Assembly (NCBI RefSeq): GCF_018350175.1 | Contig: NC_058373.1 | Location: 110,982,001 to 111,046,000, forward strand | Direction of reading: 5' to 3' | Source of the DNA: Felis catus | Lineage: Eukaryota | Length of the DNA stretch: 64,000 nucleotides | Part shown: piece after piece, positions 13,318-23,925 of the stretch | How the letters are laid out: every line of letters begins with the position of its first letter | Position numbering within the stretch: position 1 is the first letter of the stretch | Program-made: the position numbers and the translations under genes | Notes under the pieces: model-generated | Database searches by the model: none | What the model saw: the letters and a program-made list of their open reading frames with translations, nothing else | Told to the model about the DNA's origin: nothing

Positions 13318-13693
13318 TTAAAAATTTTAATCCAAGTATAAGTTAACATACAGTGTTACATTAGTTTTAGGTGCACAATATAGTGATTCAACACTTCTAC
13401 ACATCACCCACTGTTCATCACAACAAGTGCCCTCCTTAATCCCCGTCACCTATTTCACCATCCCCACCACCTCCCCTCTGGTAACCATCAGTTTATTCTG
13501 TGTAGTTAAGAGTCTGTTTCTTGATTTCTCTCTGTTTTTTCCTTTGCTCATTTGCTTTGTTTCTTAAATTCCACATGTGAGTGAAATTAACTATATGGTA
13601 TTTGTCTTTCTGTGACTGACTTATTTCACTTGGCATTATACTCTCTGGCTCCATCCGTGTCATTGCAGTTGGCAAGATTTCATTCTTTTTTAT
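13318..13693 (-). mobile_element. Carnivore L1 3' end (5'-truncated)
   Basis: Reverse strand translates to a degraded ORF2 C-terminus (KKNEILP...MEPESIMPSEISQSQKDKYH). Degenerate TSD caggctggatattt (13304-13317) / cagcctggacattt (13694-13707). Confidence 0.9.
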
Positions 13694-14273
13694 CAGCCTG
13701 GACATTTGTTAAGCCCAAGAAACATAAACTTCTTAAATAGATCAAGTTCCAGACAGTTAGCTATCTAAATATGAGGCATGACATACTAGTGGATATAACA
13801 TAATTGTTTATTTTCTTAGAGTTGATAAAAATAGTTTTTTCAGTTTGGGACCTTTCTTTCACTTTAAAAATCATTTTTGTTGCTTAGTAGTCTTAAGTAA
13901 TCTAGAAAGGAACAACTCTAAAAACAGGAATTTGTCTTTAGGGAATCAAATTGCTTCACTACTACTTTAAATAGCAGCACTTCTAACCAAGCCCAAGATG
14001 TGTTTTAAATCCAAGATATAGCCATGCATTTCCAAGATGACATTCCTGTATATGTAGTAAATAGAGCATCAGCTTGTATTCAATTTATATAAACAAAAGA
14101 TTTCAGGATACACAGAATAAACCTAAGACATCCCTGGTAGGGGTTGAAGAAACTGATATAATGTACAGAAGGAATATCCACTCCAATTTGTAGAGAATAG
14201 CTTTACCAGAGTAAGTTATGGAGTGTCTTTCTCCCTGTTCCTCAATGTAATTATGCACTTTATCTTGTTCTAG

Positions 14274-14366
14274 GAGTATACCATGCTGTGTCTGTTATGT
14301 GGCAAAGCTGAAGATACTATCAGTATTCTCCCTGATGACCCTCGACAAATGACTCTGTTATTCTGA
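14274..14366 (+). CDS. CHURC1: CHURC1 coding exon 4 ([30 protein letters not shown])
   Basis: Acceptor tcttgttctag|GAG, TGA stop at 14364-14366. Spliced CDS 39+136+71+93 = 339 nt = 112 aa plus stop. Confidence 0.97.
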   Translation, partial: EYTMLCLLCGKAEDTISILPDDPRQMTLLF

Positions 14367-14599
14367 GGATCCCTGCAGTTCTTCAGTAACTATGTTGTGT
14401 TGGTTTACAATATAGCAAGCCTGATGGTTTGTCTTACTTAGTTTATAATGGAAATTAGTTGCATATTTTTTTCTGCTTAGACTTAACTATCCTTAGAAAG
14501 AAAAAGTAATTTAGGGGATTATGCTGAGCTCCTCTGCTAAAGTTCCCAGTTCACATCAGAATGAAGCCAGAATGAAAAATCTCTGTTAGAAGTTATATG

Positions 14600-15480
14600 G
14601 CTGGAAGATATGACTAGAATGGGAGTATACCTAATGCCCACATCTTGGTTCCAATAAAAGGAACCAGGACTCCTTGGAAAAGTGATTGATTCTAGGACGA
14701 GGGCAGTAAATATACAAGACGAGCTTGGAGCATTTTGTGTCACAAAGAAAGTGCTCAAAAAAAACCCCTCACAAAACACAATGATTGGGAGTATGTCAAA
14801 GGGGCAAAAAAGCCAACTCAAGGAGCTCCCTGTGACCAAAGTTGGAACAGTTTGAGCAACAGAATAAAGTAGTATTGGATTATAATCCAAACTATAAATA
14901 TCTATGAGTCCTTACTGATATAAATGAATGATTGAATAAGTAAATACATGAATTGGAAGAGTAGACAAATTGCCCATGCAGAAGAATTTCAAATAATGTT
15001 ATGTAGATGTTCCCTACTCCTTAAGTGTGAGTTATAAATAGCAACTCCCGACTGTAGAGCAGAATTGGGTAGAGTTGAGCATGCAAAACGAGAAAAGTAA
15101 CAGTGGGAAAACCTGACAAACACTAGCTCAGCCAAGTGACCAAGATTAACATCCTCAGTGATCATCCTGTTGATAATAACATGTACCCTTGATATGATAT
15201 GATGGGAGGGCACTTTGCCTTTGTGGTCTTCCTCCCAAAAACCCATAACTCTATTCATGGGAAAAACATCAGACAAATCCCACTTGAGAGCCGTTCTGCA
15301 AAATACCTGACCTTTACTCCTCAAAATTGTCAAGGCCATTAAAGACAAGTCTGGGAAACTCTCACTAAAGAGACATGACAACTAAATGTAATGAGGTATC
15401 CTGGATGGGATCCTGGGACAGAAAAAGTGCATTTGGTTAAAGCTAGCAAAACCTGAATAAAGTGTAGACTTTAATTAACA
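14600..15480 (+). mobile_element. L1MC/L1MD-type 3' end remnant in or after the CHURC1 3'UTR
   Basis: gtggtcttcctcccaaaaacccataac...catcagacaaatccca...catgacaactaaatgtaat...ggatcctggga is typical old L1M 3' sequence. Confidence 0.7.
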
Positions 15481-16677
15481 TAAGTAAATAGAATGATTTC
15501 AGCTTCTCCAAAGAGATCTTAGAATATCTCACCTTGTGTAGTTGAAAGAACACTGGCTTGGGTGTTATAAACCCTGGAATTTAGGCCTCTCTGCCATTGG
15601 TAACAGTATAACCATTAAGCAAAGTGTTACTCTGGTCTTTATTGTCCCATTTCTATTAGATTAGGCTAATAAAAATTGATATTTTACTTCCTTCACAGTA
15701 TTGTTAGAAGATCCAAATGAATAATGAATATAAAATGTGTTGGAAAGCATATCAAGTACTAGATGCAATGAGATGGCTTTGGTTGATTCTTCTCAGTCTG
15801 AGACCAAAACTTAAAGGGTCAGGCATTAGAAACAAAATTGTTTCCTCTTCATATCCAAGAAATTTGGAAATTCTGAACTAAAGCTTTGCTAAAGTGAGGT
15901 GAGCAAGGTGTTCATTGTTGATACCAGAGAAGTTTTGTTGTGTAACAGGAACGCTTATGCTGAGGTTTATTGAGCACTTACTGTATGCCAGGGCCCTTTT
16001 AAACACTTACTTCATCCTCATTAACAATTCCATGAAGTAGGTACTATTGTTATCCCAATTTTAGAGCCAAAGAAACTAAAGCACAAAGAAGTTAAAGGAG
16101 CTTAAGGTCACACAACTAGTACAGTGGCTCCCTCTCAACACTTCTGCTTGGCACACATGAAGTCTAAGGGTCTGGCAAGGTTAGGAACAAGTTGAGACTG
16201 TCAGTGACAGCACTCTGCGGAATCTAGGCACATCAGACCAAGATTTGTTATTCAGAAAAGTTAAGTCATCTGCTCCTCAGGGATCAGTTGTGTTATTCCT
16301 GGAAGATGTTTTCCACTTTTCTGCAAATCTATATCTGACCTGCTGAGGAAATCGTTTGGTGAAATGGATCCAGAAAGCAGAGAAAATGCTTCATTACTTT
16401 AAATAGCAGCACTAAGCCCATTATAGCCTCTGAATTGTCCCTTCTTGGAGTTTGCTAATGCTTCCAACTTAGTCATTTGGAGTTCAAGGGTATGACTTTA
16501 TAAGCCCCTACTGATATCCTTGTCTATTACAGACTGTATAATTATCTATCTGTTTTGGACTATATCCTACAAAATTTAAAACATAAGGTCCTATCCACAT
16601 GTCATTATTAAACCAACCTTGTGCTGTGTTTTGTGATACTTTCTTTATCTTCTAGAATTCTTTTATGGGTCTAATCA

Positions 16678-16733
16678 AATAAAGACCTCTTCAACCCAGT
16701 TCCACTGAATCTGTATTTTTCTGTTCAAATAAA
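16678..16733 (+). terminator. CHURC1: Candidate distal CHURC1 poly(A) signals (AATAAA at 16678-16683 and 16728-16733)
   Basis: Two AATAAA hexamers at the end of a unique-sequence block. Proximal AATAAA also occur at 14653 and 14863 inside the L1. Which site is used cannot be determined from sequence. Confidence 0.4.
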
Positions 16734-17494
16734 GGGGAGCCAGGCAAAAACATCAGTCTTTACTTTCCTTCCTGAGATACAAGAAAGAAAAGAAATCACC
16801 TATAGATGTAATTGGGAAAGTGGGCTTGTTCTGGCCCCTCGTTCTTGGTCTACTTGTTCCATGATGTATAGATCTGGAGTCTGCCTACTTAGGCTCTTGG
16901 AGTTCAAAGCTCAACATGTTTGTTGTGTTGTTTTAGCTGGCCAAGTCTTTCTCCAATGGTCTTGGGTTCTGACAATACTAATTAATTCATATATGATATA
17001 TTCTGGGCACAACCAGATATGATTCATTACTTATAAGTAATTACTAAGAGTTATATGTTTAGTGTTTTTTATCAAGGTATCAAGAATTCTTTCCATTTTA
17101 TTCTTTTTTGTGAGCAAGGTTAAGTTACTTCACTGAATTTGAGACTCTCAATTTTAGGCTGTGTGTTTCTTGACTGTAGTACAGTCTCTATGGTAGATAC
17201 AGTGTGTTTGGATCAAAGGAAACCAGGAGACTTAGGTCTAAAATTAGCTTTGCCACCTGCTCATGTTGGGACACTGGGCAAGTCACTGAGTGTACATTGC
17301 TTCTTCGATGGAAAAATAGAAATAATCATGCTTTCTCCAGAGAGTTTTAAATCAAATGATATAATGTAAGTGAAAATGACAAAAATGATTTTAAGTTGTG
17401 CAATGCTGTTATAGGCAACTATCAGTGGTCTTTATGAAGGAACTTTGAGATGGAGGGAAACACTATCATGTTGTGATTAAGAGTACAGGCTTTA

Positions 17495-17691
17495 GGGGCG
17501 CCTGGGTGGCTCAGTTGGTTAAGTGTCTGACTTTGGCTCAGGTCATGATTAGCTGTTCATGAGTTTGAGCCCTGCATCAGGCTTTGTGCTGATAGCTCAG
17601 AGCCTGCTTGGGATTCTGTGTCTCCCTCTGTCTCTACCCCTCCCCCACTCGCACTCTGTTTCTCTCTCTCTCTCTCTCACTCAGAAATAAA
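17495..17691 (+). mobile_element. Can-SINE inserted in a MIR
   Basis: ggggcgcctgggtggctcagttggttaag head, (CT)n, short A tail. Flanked by gtacaggcttta / gtacagccttta. Confidence 0.92.
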
Positions 17692-17980
17692 GGGTACAGC
17701 CTTTATAGTCAGACTGACCTGGGTTTAACTTTTCAACTCTTCTACTTAGAGCCCTTTGTCCTTGGCAGGTGTCTTGCTCAATTACCTTCTCTTTAAATAG
17801 AGACAAAAATTCTTCATAAAATCAGTATGAGAATTAAGTAACCTAAGATATACAAAGGACTCAGTGCAGTGTGTGAATATAGTAAATATTCAATAAATGA
17901 TAGTTTGGATGACAGTTGTAATGGTGATTATGAGAAATCAGATTTGATGTCACCAATTAGAGTTTGGCTCAGTGTTTCTT

Positions 17981-18205
17981 TTTTTTTTAATTTTTTTTTC
18001 AACGTTTTTTCTTTATTTTTGGGACAGAGAGAGACAGAGCATGAACGGGGGAGGGGCAGAGAGAGAGGGAGACACAGAATCTGAAACAGGCTCCAGGCTC
18101 TGAGCCATCAGCCCAGAGCCCGATGCGGGGCGCGAACTCACGGACCGCGAGATCGTGACCTGGCTGAAGTCGGACGCTTAACCGACTGCGCCACCCAGGC
18201 GCCCC
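17981..18205 (-). mobile_element. Young SINEC_Fc
   Basis: CpG-rich, near-consensus reverse copy. Perfect 16-bp TSD tggctcagtgtttctt at 17965-17980 and 18206-18221. Confidence 0.96.
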
Positions 18206-19848
18206 TGGCTCAGTGTTTCTTAAACTGAGGAGACATAGCTGTGGGAACATAGTCATAGAAATAATAAATTTTAGTCTTTGTCCCTTGGTTCCCTAAAATC
18301 ATTTACTCCAAGCTTTATTTTTTTGTTCAAGTCCTCAGAGAAGCGATTGTCTCTATCCCTCCTCTAAACGGAGTGGCATTACCTCAGCTCTTCGGGAAAG
18401 CTTGTTTATGACACACCTCCCTGCCTCCTGAGTGCCTCTAGGGAAATTTGATTAAAAGATTGAAAGTGGTTGATTATATTAAGCTTTGCCATGTCTGTTT
18501 ATGACCATAAGCTGATACTGCTGAGGCTGTAAAAGGAGACAAGCAAGATGAGGAATAAAGGAAACAATTTCTCACTTCTTTTCATTTTAACAACAGCACA
18601 ACTAAAGATTTAGTAAAAATGAAATGTCCTTGTAAGACAGGTTCCCCCAGTCCGGCCCTCCCTGTTCCCTCCTGGGCCAAACTGGTCAGGTCCCTTCTGA
18701 AGCAGGGAGCATTTCCCCTGCCCAAATGAGGAGCCCTTTTCCTAGCATTATGGCCCTTACTGACTCTCTCTGCAAAATCATTTCTGTAATTCCTAATCCT
18801 TTGGGAATCTTTAGGTAATTCCTTCAACTTGAGCCTCAAGGAAAAGACCCAACACATATCAGGCATATCAGGCCCTAAATTGCCTGTGGCATAATGCCAA
18901 CATCCAGGATAGTTGCTCTGTTACTAGACATAGCAATAAGCTATAGCACTATCGAGATGATGCACAAATCATACTAGCCTCCAATATGTATTCTGTACTT
19001 CTTCAGAGAAGTGATGTATCCCTGCAGTTTTTCCTCTAAAATCAGTGCCTCGTCCTGCCCTCAAAAAACCCATACCCCAGCTGTTGGCTTTAAGAACAGG
19101 AATCTTGAAAGGCTTGCGTTTCCAAGAGTCAGTGTAAGGGTAGCCTTAATTTAGCAGAAGGCCCTGAAAAGCATGCCAGGGGATTCCCACTGTAATGCTC
19201 AGGTTACCCTTTTTGAAATAAAGCACCGCAGATGACATAGCTTTAACTGAGGGTCAGACAGGGAGGATCTTTAGCCTGTATTCCACATTTACTTCTCAGA
19301 TGATGCAGATGCTTAGAAAATAGTGTAGGGAACATAACAGGAAAGGGATTTCCCCCTCAGCATTGGGGGTTTTAAGCAGTGTGACCAGTTTGGAGAACTG
19401 TCCCTTCAGGGCTTCAGTGAAAAAAGTAAAATGTTCCATCTAGTGGTCAAAGAAGGAAAGGTAACGTGAGAAGTTTCCAGGAAGACGTTTGTAAGGCAAA
19501 GTGACAGGGCAGTGGCCTTTCAGCAGGTGTCTTTTCTAGAACATGATAGGACCTGGCCTTGGAGGTGTTGGTGCCTTTTGAGTATGCCTGTGCTAGCTGA
19601 GGAATCTGGGGCACCATCCTTACAAAGCCATTTGGCAGACCCCTGTTCTCACAGAGAATAGCTCTCATGTTGGCAGGTTATGAACAGTCTGACTGTCTGA
19701 AGGGAGGCCCTCTTCCATTCCCACCCTCATGGAATTCAAAATGAAATCATTCATGTCTAAACCAGTTTGTCTTATGCCTGAATTTGTGAACATGTGAGTT
19801 TGAGAAAGACAAGGGTGGACTGTGAACTGTAAAAAGGACCAAAGGATC

Positions 19849-20062
19849 GGGTGCCTGGGTGGCTCAGTCAGTTAAGTGTCCGACTTCAGCTCAGGTCACG
19901 ATCTTGTGGTTCTGTGGGTTCGAGCTCTGTGTCGGGCTCTGTGCTGACAGCTCAGAGCCTAGAGCCTGCTTCAGATTCTGTGTCTCCCTCTGTCTCTGTT
20001 CCTCCCCTGCTCGCACTCTCTCTCTCTCTCAAAAATAAAAAAGATTAAAAAAAATTGTTTTT
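19849..20062 (+). mobile_element. SINEC_Fc
   Basis: gggtgcctgggtggctcagtcagttaag head through ctctctcaaaaataaaa tail. Confidence 0.93.
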
Positions 20063-20577
20063 AAAGGAGCAAAGCAAATGTTACTCAGCAAGGCAAGGAG
20101 AAAAGGGTAGGTGTTCTTCGTGTTCCCAGTAACTGCACCCTCCATACCCTTGCTGTCAGTTAGAGTTGACCAAATTCATGTCCCAGCAACATCTCAAAGT
20201 GCAGGTCATGCATAGTTGGCCCAGAACCTACACTGATAGCAACAGCTTCCTGATTGGAGTCCTCTAACGAACCTCCCAGTATACCGCACGGAAGGACCAC
20301 TGACTTTTCCTTTGCTTTACCTCTCATCACCACCCTTTGCCCAGTTCTGGAGGAGCCATAGAGTAATAGTATAATTCAGATTTCCTGCAACTCCACTTGC
20401 CACCGCAGACCCTGACCTGACCAGACAGTTATTACGGTGTCCCCCTGATGAGAGAGCCTCCCTCTATCAAGCCTTTGTGTGCTCCCGGCTGTCTGGCTCA
20501 CCTGTGGTTTTGTACCATCCCTCTACCCTCTGTCCGGGAAGAAGACACAGAGAGCCCGACCATTTCCACACCTGCCC

Positions 20578-20583
20578 TTTATT
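20578..20583 (-). terminator. GPX2: GPX2 poly(A) signal AATAAA
   Basis: + strand tttatt, about 30 nt downstream of the SECIS on the minus strand. Confidence 0.85.
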
Positions 20584-20610
20584 GGACTCATCTAGCAGGC
20601 TGGCTCCGAG

Positions 20611-20672
20611 CCCTTCACACTCCTCAGACACCGCCCATACAGTTTAGGAAGATGCCATCATTCTGTGAAGGC
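20611..20672 (-). promoter_or_regulatory. GPX2: SECIS element in the GPX2 3'UTR
   Basis: Minus strand reads GCCUUCACAGA AUGA UGGCAUCUUCCU AAA CUGUAUGGGCGGUGUC UGAG GAGUGUGAAGGG. Helix I is CCUUCAC/GUGAAGG, with an AUGA..GA quartet core, helix II GGCAUC/GGUGUC and an apical AAA. Confidence 0.95.
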
Positions 20673-20893
20673 CCAGATCCACCCAAGTCTTGAGCTCCAA
20701 GTAGAATCACCAACCAGAAGGCTGGGGGGAGGGAAGGGAGATAGGCAGACCGGAAAGGCAAGGCTCTTCAATGAAAGGGGCTGATCCCAAGGGAAAGCTT
20801 TGGTCCAGCAGTATCTCCTGAGGGCATTCTGAATCCTAAGGAAAGATACCTAAGGGCTGGATGGAATAGGTCTGTGTGCTGAGAAGCTTGTGT

Positions 20894-21244
20894 CTATATG
20901 GCAACTTTGAGGAGGCGCTTGATGTCAGGCTCAATGTTGATGGTAGGGAAGGTGCGACTGTAGCGGCGGAAGGGCTCCCCTTCCGGCCCAATAAGGAACT
21001 TCTCAAAGTTCCAGGCCACATCTGAGCGGCGTACCGGGCTCCAAATGATGAACTTGGGGTCGGTCATGAGGGAAAATGGGTCATCATACGGGTAGGGGAG
21101 CTTGTCCTTCAGGTAGGCGAAGACGGGATGCTCGTTCTGACCATTCACCTCACACTTTTGGACAAGGGTAAAGGTGGGCTGGAATCCACCCCCAGGGCGC
21201 ACATACTTGAGACTGTTCAGGATCTCCTCATTCTGACAGTTCTC
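20894..21244 (-). CDS. GPX2: Glutathione peroxidase 2, coding exon 2 ([21 protein letters not shown]...[14 protein letters not shown]...RLLKVAI*)
   Basis: Acceptor cccccag|GAG, GPx motifs KYVRPG and WNFEKF, TAG stop at 20894-20896. 351 nt. Confidence 0.98.
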   Translation of the reverse strand, partial: ENCQNEEILNSLKYVRPGGGFQPTFTLVQKCEVNGQNEHPVFAYLKDKLPYPYDDPFSLMTDPKFIIWSPVRRSDVAWNFEKFLIGPEGEPFRRYSRTFPTINIEPDIKRLLKVAI

Positions 21245-22859
21245 CTGGGGGAGGAAAAAGACAAAGAGCATGGAAGAGGGAAGGGGGAAATGAAGGATCC
21301 ACAAAAAATCTTTCACCCTCCTATATGCCGTTCCCAGGACTATTCTTTTCTATGTAGCGTTTTTTTCCTCTGTTCTTTCTCTTTCCTTCTTCACTGGCTT
21401 TGTCCTACTCTTGACTTGGAGTTTTCCCACTCACGGCTGTTGTTTGATGGTTTGCTAGGCCATTCCTGAAAGTCCTTGCGGTTCCTAGCTTGGCTGTTCT
21501 TAAAGTCAATGATTTAGCACTTTGAACGATTCTTTCTCTCTCCAAACTACCCTGGACAGTTTTTAGGGTATCTGTCTGAAACTTCAAGGAAGCTTGAGTT
21601 CAGAGCAGGAGACAGAAAGGGAAAGAAGGCTCAAGTCCTACCACCTAGAACTCTCCCATCCACTACCTACACACAGGCACTCACACACACGTCCTGCCAC
21701 CACCTTCCCTTTTCCTCTGCCCTGATTTGCCTCCATGGCTTCTAGTTATATGTGAGTGTGATAGCCTCTGCCTCCATCCTGCTCATATAAATGGGATTTA
21801 TAGCTTCTTGCTTTCATCTTGCTTTGTCCTAGATCTCAAGTGTAAGTAGGAGGAAGCTTTGGTGAAGATGCCATCCAAGGAAATCAAAGGTGCCACAAAG
21901 GCGAAGTGAGTTAGAGATAACAATGAATGTACTCTAAATGGAATTGCTCAGTGATAAACAGGGATGAATTAAATAGAATTAAATAGGATAGAGTGTTTAG
22001 GGTTCTGGAATAGGCCAGGGGAAGGAAAGTTAAGGAAATAAGTGCTTGAGGGCTAAAGGTTGTGAATGTGTAGTTATCATTCCTTGTGCTTCCAGACTGC
22101 TATCCCAAAACTCCTGCCCCCCACACTCACTGTACTCAGCTGTGAATGCTTTAGCTCTGAACCTGCTACCCGTCTTTCCCTCCCCAGGGCCATCCCTGCC
22201 CTATTCCCACTGGGCATTCCCCGCCCCTGACAACTCCAAAGGCCCTTAGAAACCCTTATTTTCCACCCCTCCCCCTGAGTCTAGGAGTCAGATATCTCCC
22301 TGTGGGAGAAAGTTCTTGCCTCTGACCTGCTAGAACCAATCAGTACAGTCAGTTCCAGGCCATCATGACATCTTGAGCCCAGGGGTGATCTCTATTAGAC
22401 TTCTTATCTCTTCGTGCAAATGGCTGACTGGCTACCGGGTAGGTTATGGATTCCCTCCAGCCACTAGCTAGCCTGAGGTGATGGTGTAAAGGGTGGAGGC
22501 ACCTCTCAGGCCAAAGAGATACTCCTAAAGAGGTTTTGCCCTTTCTCTCGCCTGCCCTGGCCAAGCCTAGAAACAGACGGAGACAGGGAAGGAACAATGA
22601 AAGCCGTGATGGTTCGAGCTCACATTTGTCACTAGCCAAAGACACTTCAGCCTTCCTGCTTGTATCCCTGCTAATCTCTTCCTTGCCTTCACGCCGCTGT
22701 GAATCGAACTAAGGGGGTTATAATTAGAGGGTTCACTTGAGGACACTCTGCCTGCTTTTGCTGTTAAAATAATAAGTGAAAATAGAAGAGAACTTGAAGT
22801 GTGTGGGCTGAAGATCTATAACTTGACCCAGTAATCAGAAACAGAGATTCGATCCAAAT

Positions 22860-22862
<3 letters not shown>

Positions 22863-22900
<38 letters not shown>
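22863..22900. repeat. (CA)n microsatellite in the GPX2 intron
   Basis: About 19 uninterrupted AC units. Confidence 0.95.
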
Positions 22901-22903
<3 letters not shown>

Positions 22904-23563
22904 TCAGAGCCAAAGAGGTGCATGTGATGCCCAGAGGAAACACGTGCATATTGTAAACCCTTAGCTTTCCACCAAAATCACCCTCCACTTGGCCGATTTA
23001 AAACAAAATCCTTTAATCTAAATAATACAGTTGCTTACACTTGCATATTACCTTGTATTTTTCAAGGTATTTTTGTGTATCTTATCCTCTGAACCTCCCA
23101 GTCATCCTGTGAGATAAATGATACTATCCCGCATTTACAGATGAGGAAACTAAAACAGAAAAATCAAGTGACTCTTTGTAGGGCACAGAGCCGCTAAATA
23201 GCAAAACCATGTCTAGCTGGAACCAAGGTCCCCTGGGTCAGTCCAATCCTAGTTTGACTGTTGATCTATGTCCTCCACTCATCCATTCAGCGGATATTTA
23301 ATGAGTGCCCTCTCTACAGTGGAGAGAAAAACAGACCTGGTACCAGCCCTCATGGAGTGTAATGGAAAGACAATAAACAGTGTTTAAACATAGTTAGAAC
23401 CACATACACTTCCCCTTGGTATTCACATGTACCTAAAGACCTAGATTAACAAAACATACCTGTGATTCCAGACACTCCAACACACGGTCATCCTCCCCCT
23501 CCCCTTAGCCTACCAAAGCTTCACCATCCCACCTCCTTGGGTACAATGCAAGGGACCCCTCAC

Positions 23564-23785
23564 CTGATGTCCAAATTGATTGCAAGGGAAGCCAAGAACC
23601 ACCAGGCGCCTGGGAAAGCGGCATTGCAGCTCGTTGAGCTGGGTGAAGTCCCGAGTGGTTGTGCCTCAGAGCGAGGCCACATTCTCAATCAGCACTGCCC
23701 TGCCTCGGAACGTATTGAAATCTACCTTCTCCCCATCCAGGCTGATAGCGCTGAGGTCGTAGAAAGACTTGGCTATGTAAGCCAT
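23564..23785 (-). CDS. GPX2: GPX2 coding exon 1 ([74 protein letters not shown]), Sec UGA at 23666-23668
   Basis: Kozak accATGg. In-frame TGA at codon 40 within [19 protein letters not shown] motif, donor CAG|gtgagg. With exon 2 gives 190 aa. Confidence 0.98.
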
Positions 23786-23914
23786 GGTGAAGGTGCAGAC
23801 TGAGACCTGCAGAATGGTGTGAGCCCGCTTAAGGGTCTGTTAAAGGGGTGGGGAGGAAGGAGGAGCCTGGCCAGACAGGAAGGATTTCACAATGGGGCTT
23901 TGAGCATCCCCAGG

Positions 23915-23925
23915 ATGACTTAGCA
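23915..23925 (+). promoter_or_regulatory. GPX2: Antioxidant response element (NRF2/sMAF) in the GPX2 proximal promoter
   Basis: ATGACTTAGCA is a perfect RTGACnnnGCA with an A-rich flank, about 130 bp upstream of the GPX2 ATG. GPX2 is an established NRF2 target. Confidence 0.8.

Noticed and set aside
14271..14276. TAG-GAG tandem acceptor at CHURC1 exon 4
   Set aside because: GAG is a poor distal NAGNAG acceptor, and the proximal TAG yields the expected EYTML sequence.
20894..21316. 140-aa ORF read as a single-exon GPx
   Set aside because: The first 24 residues are intronic pyrimidine tract. The real exon starts at 21244 and joins the Sec-containing exon 1.
23462..23803. 113-aa + strand ORF (and 21128-21469) overlapping GPX2
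   Set aside because: Antisense shadows of the GPX2 coding exons, with no independent coding signal.
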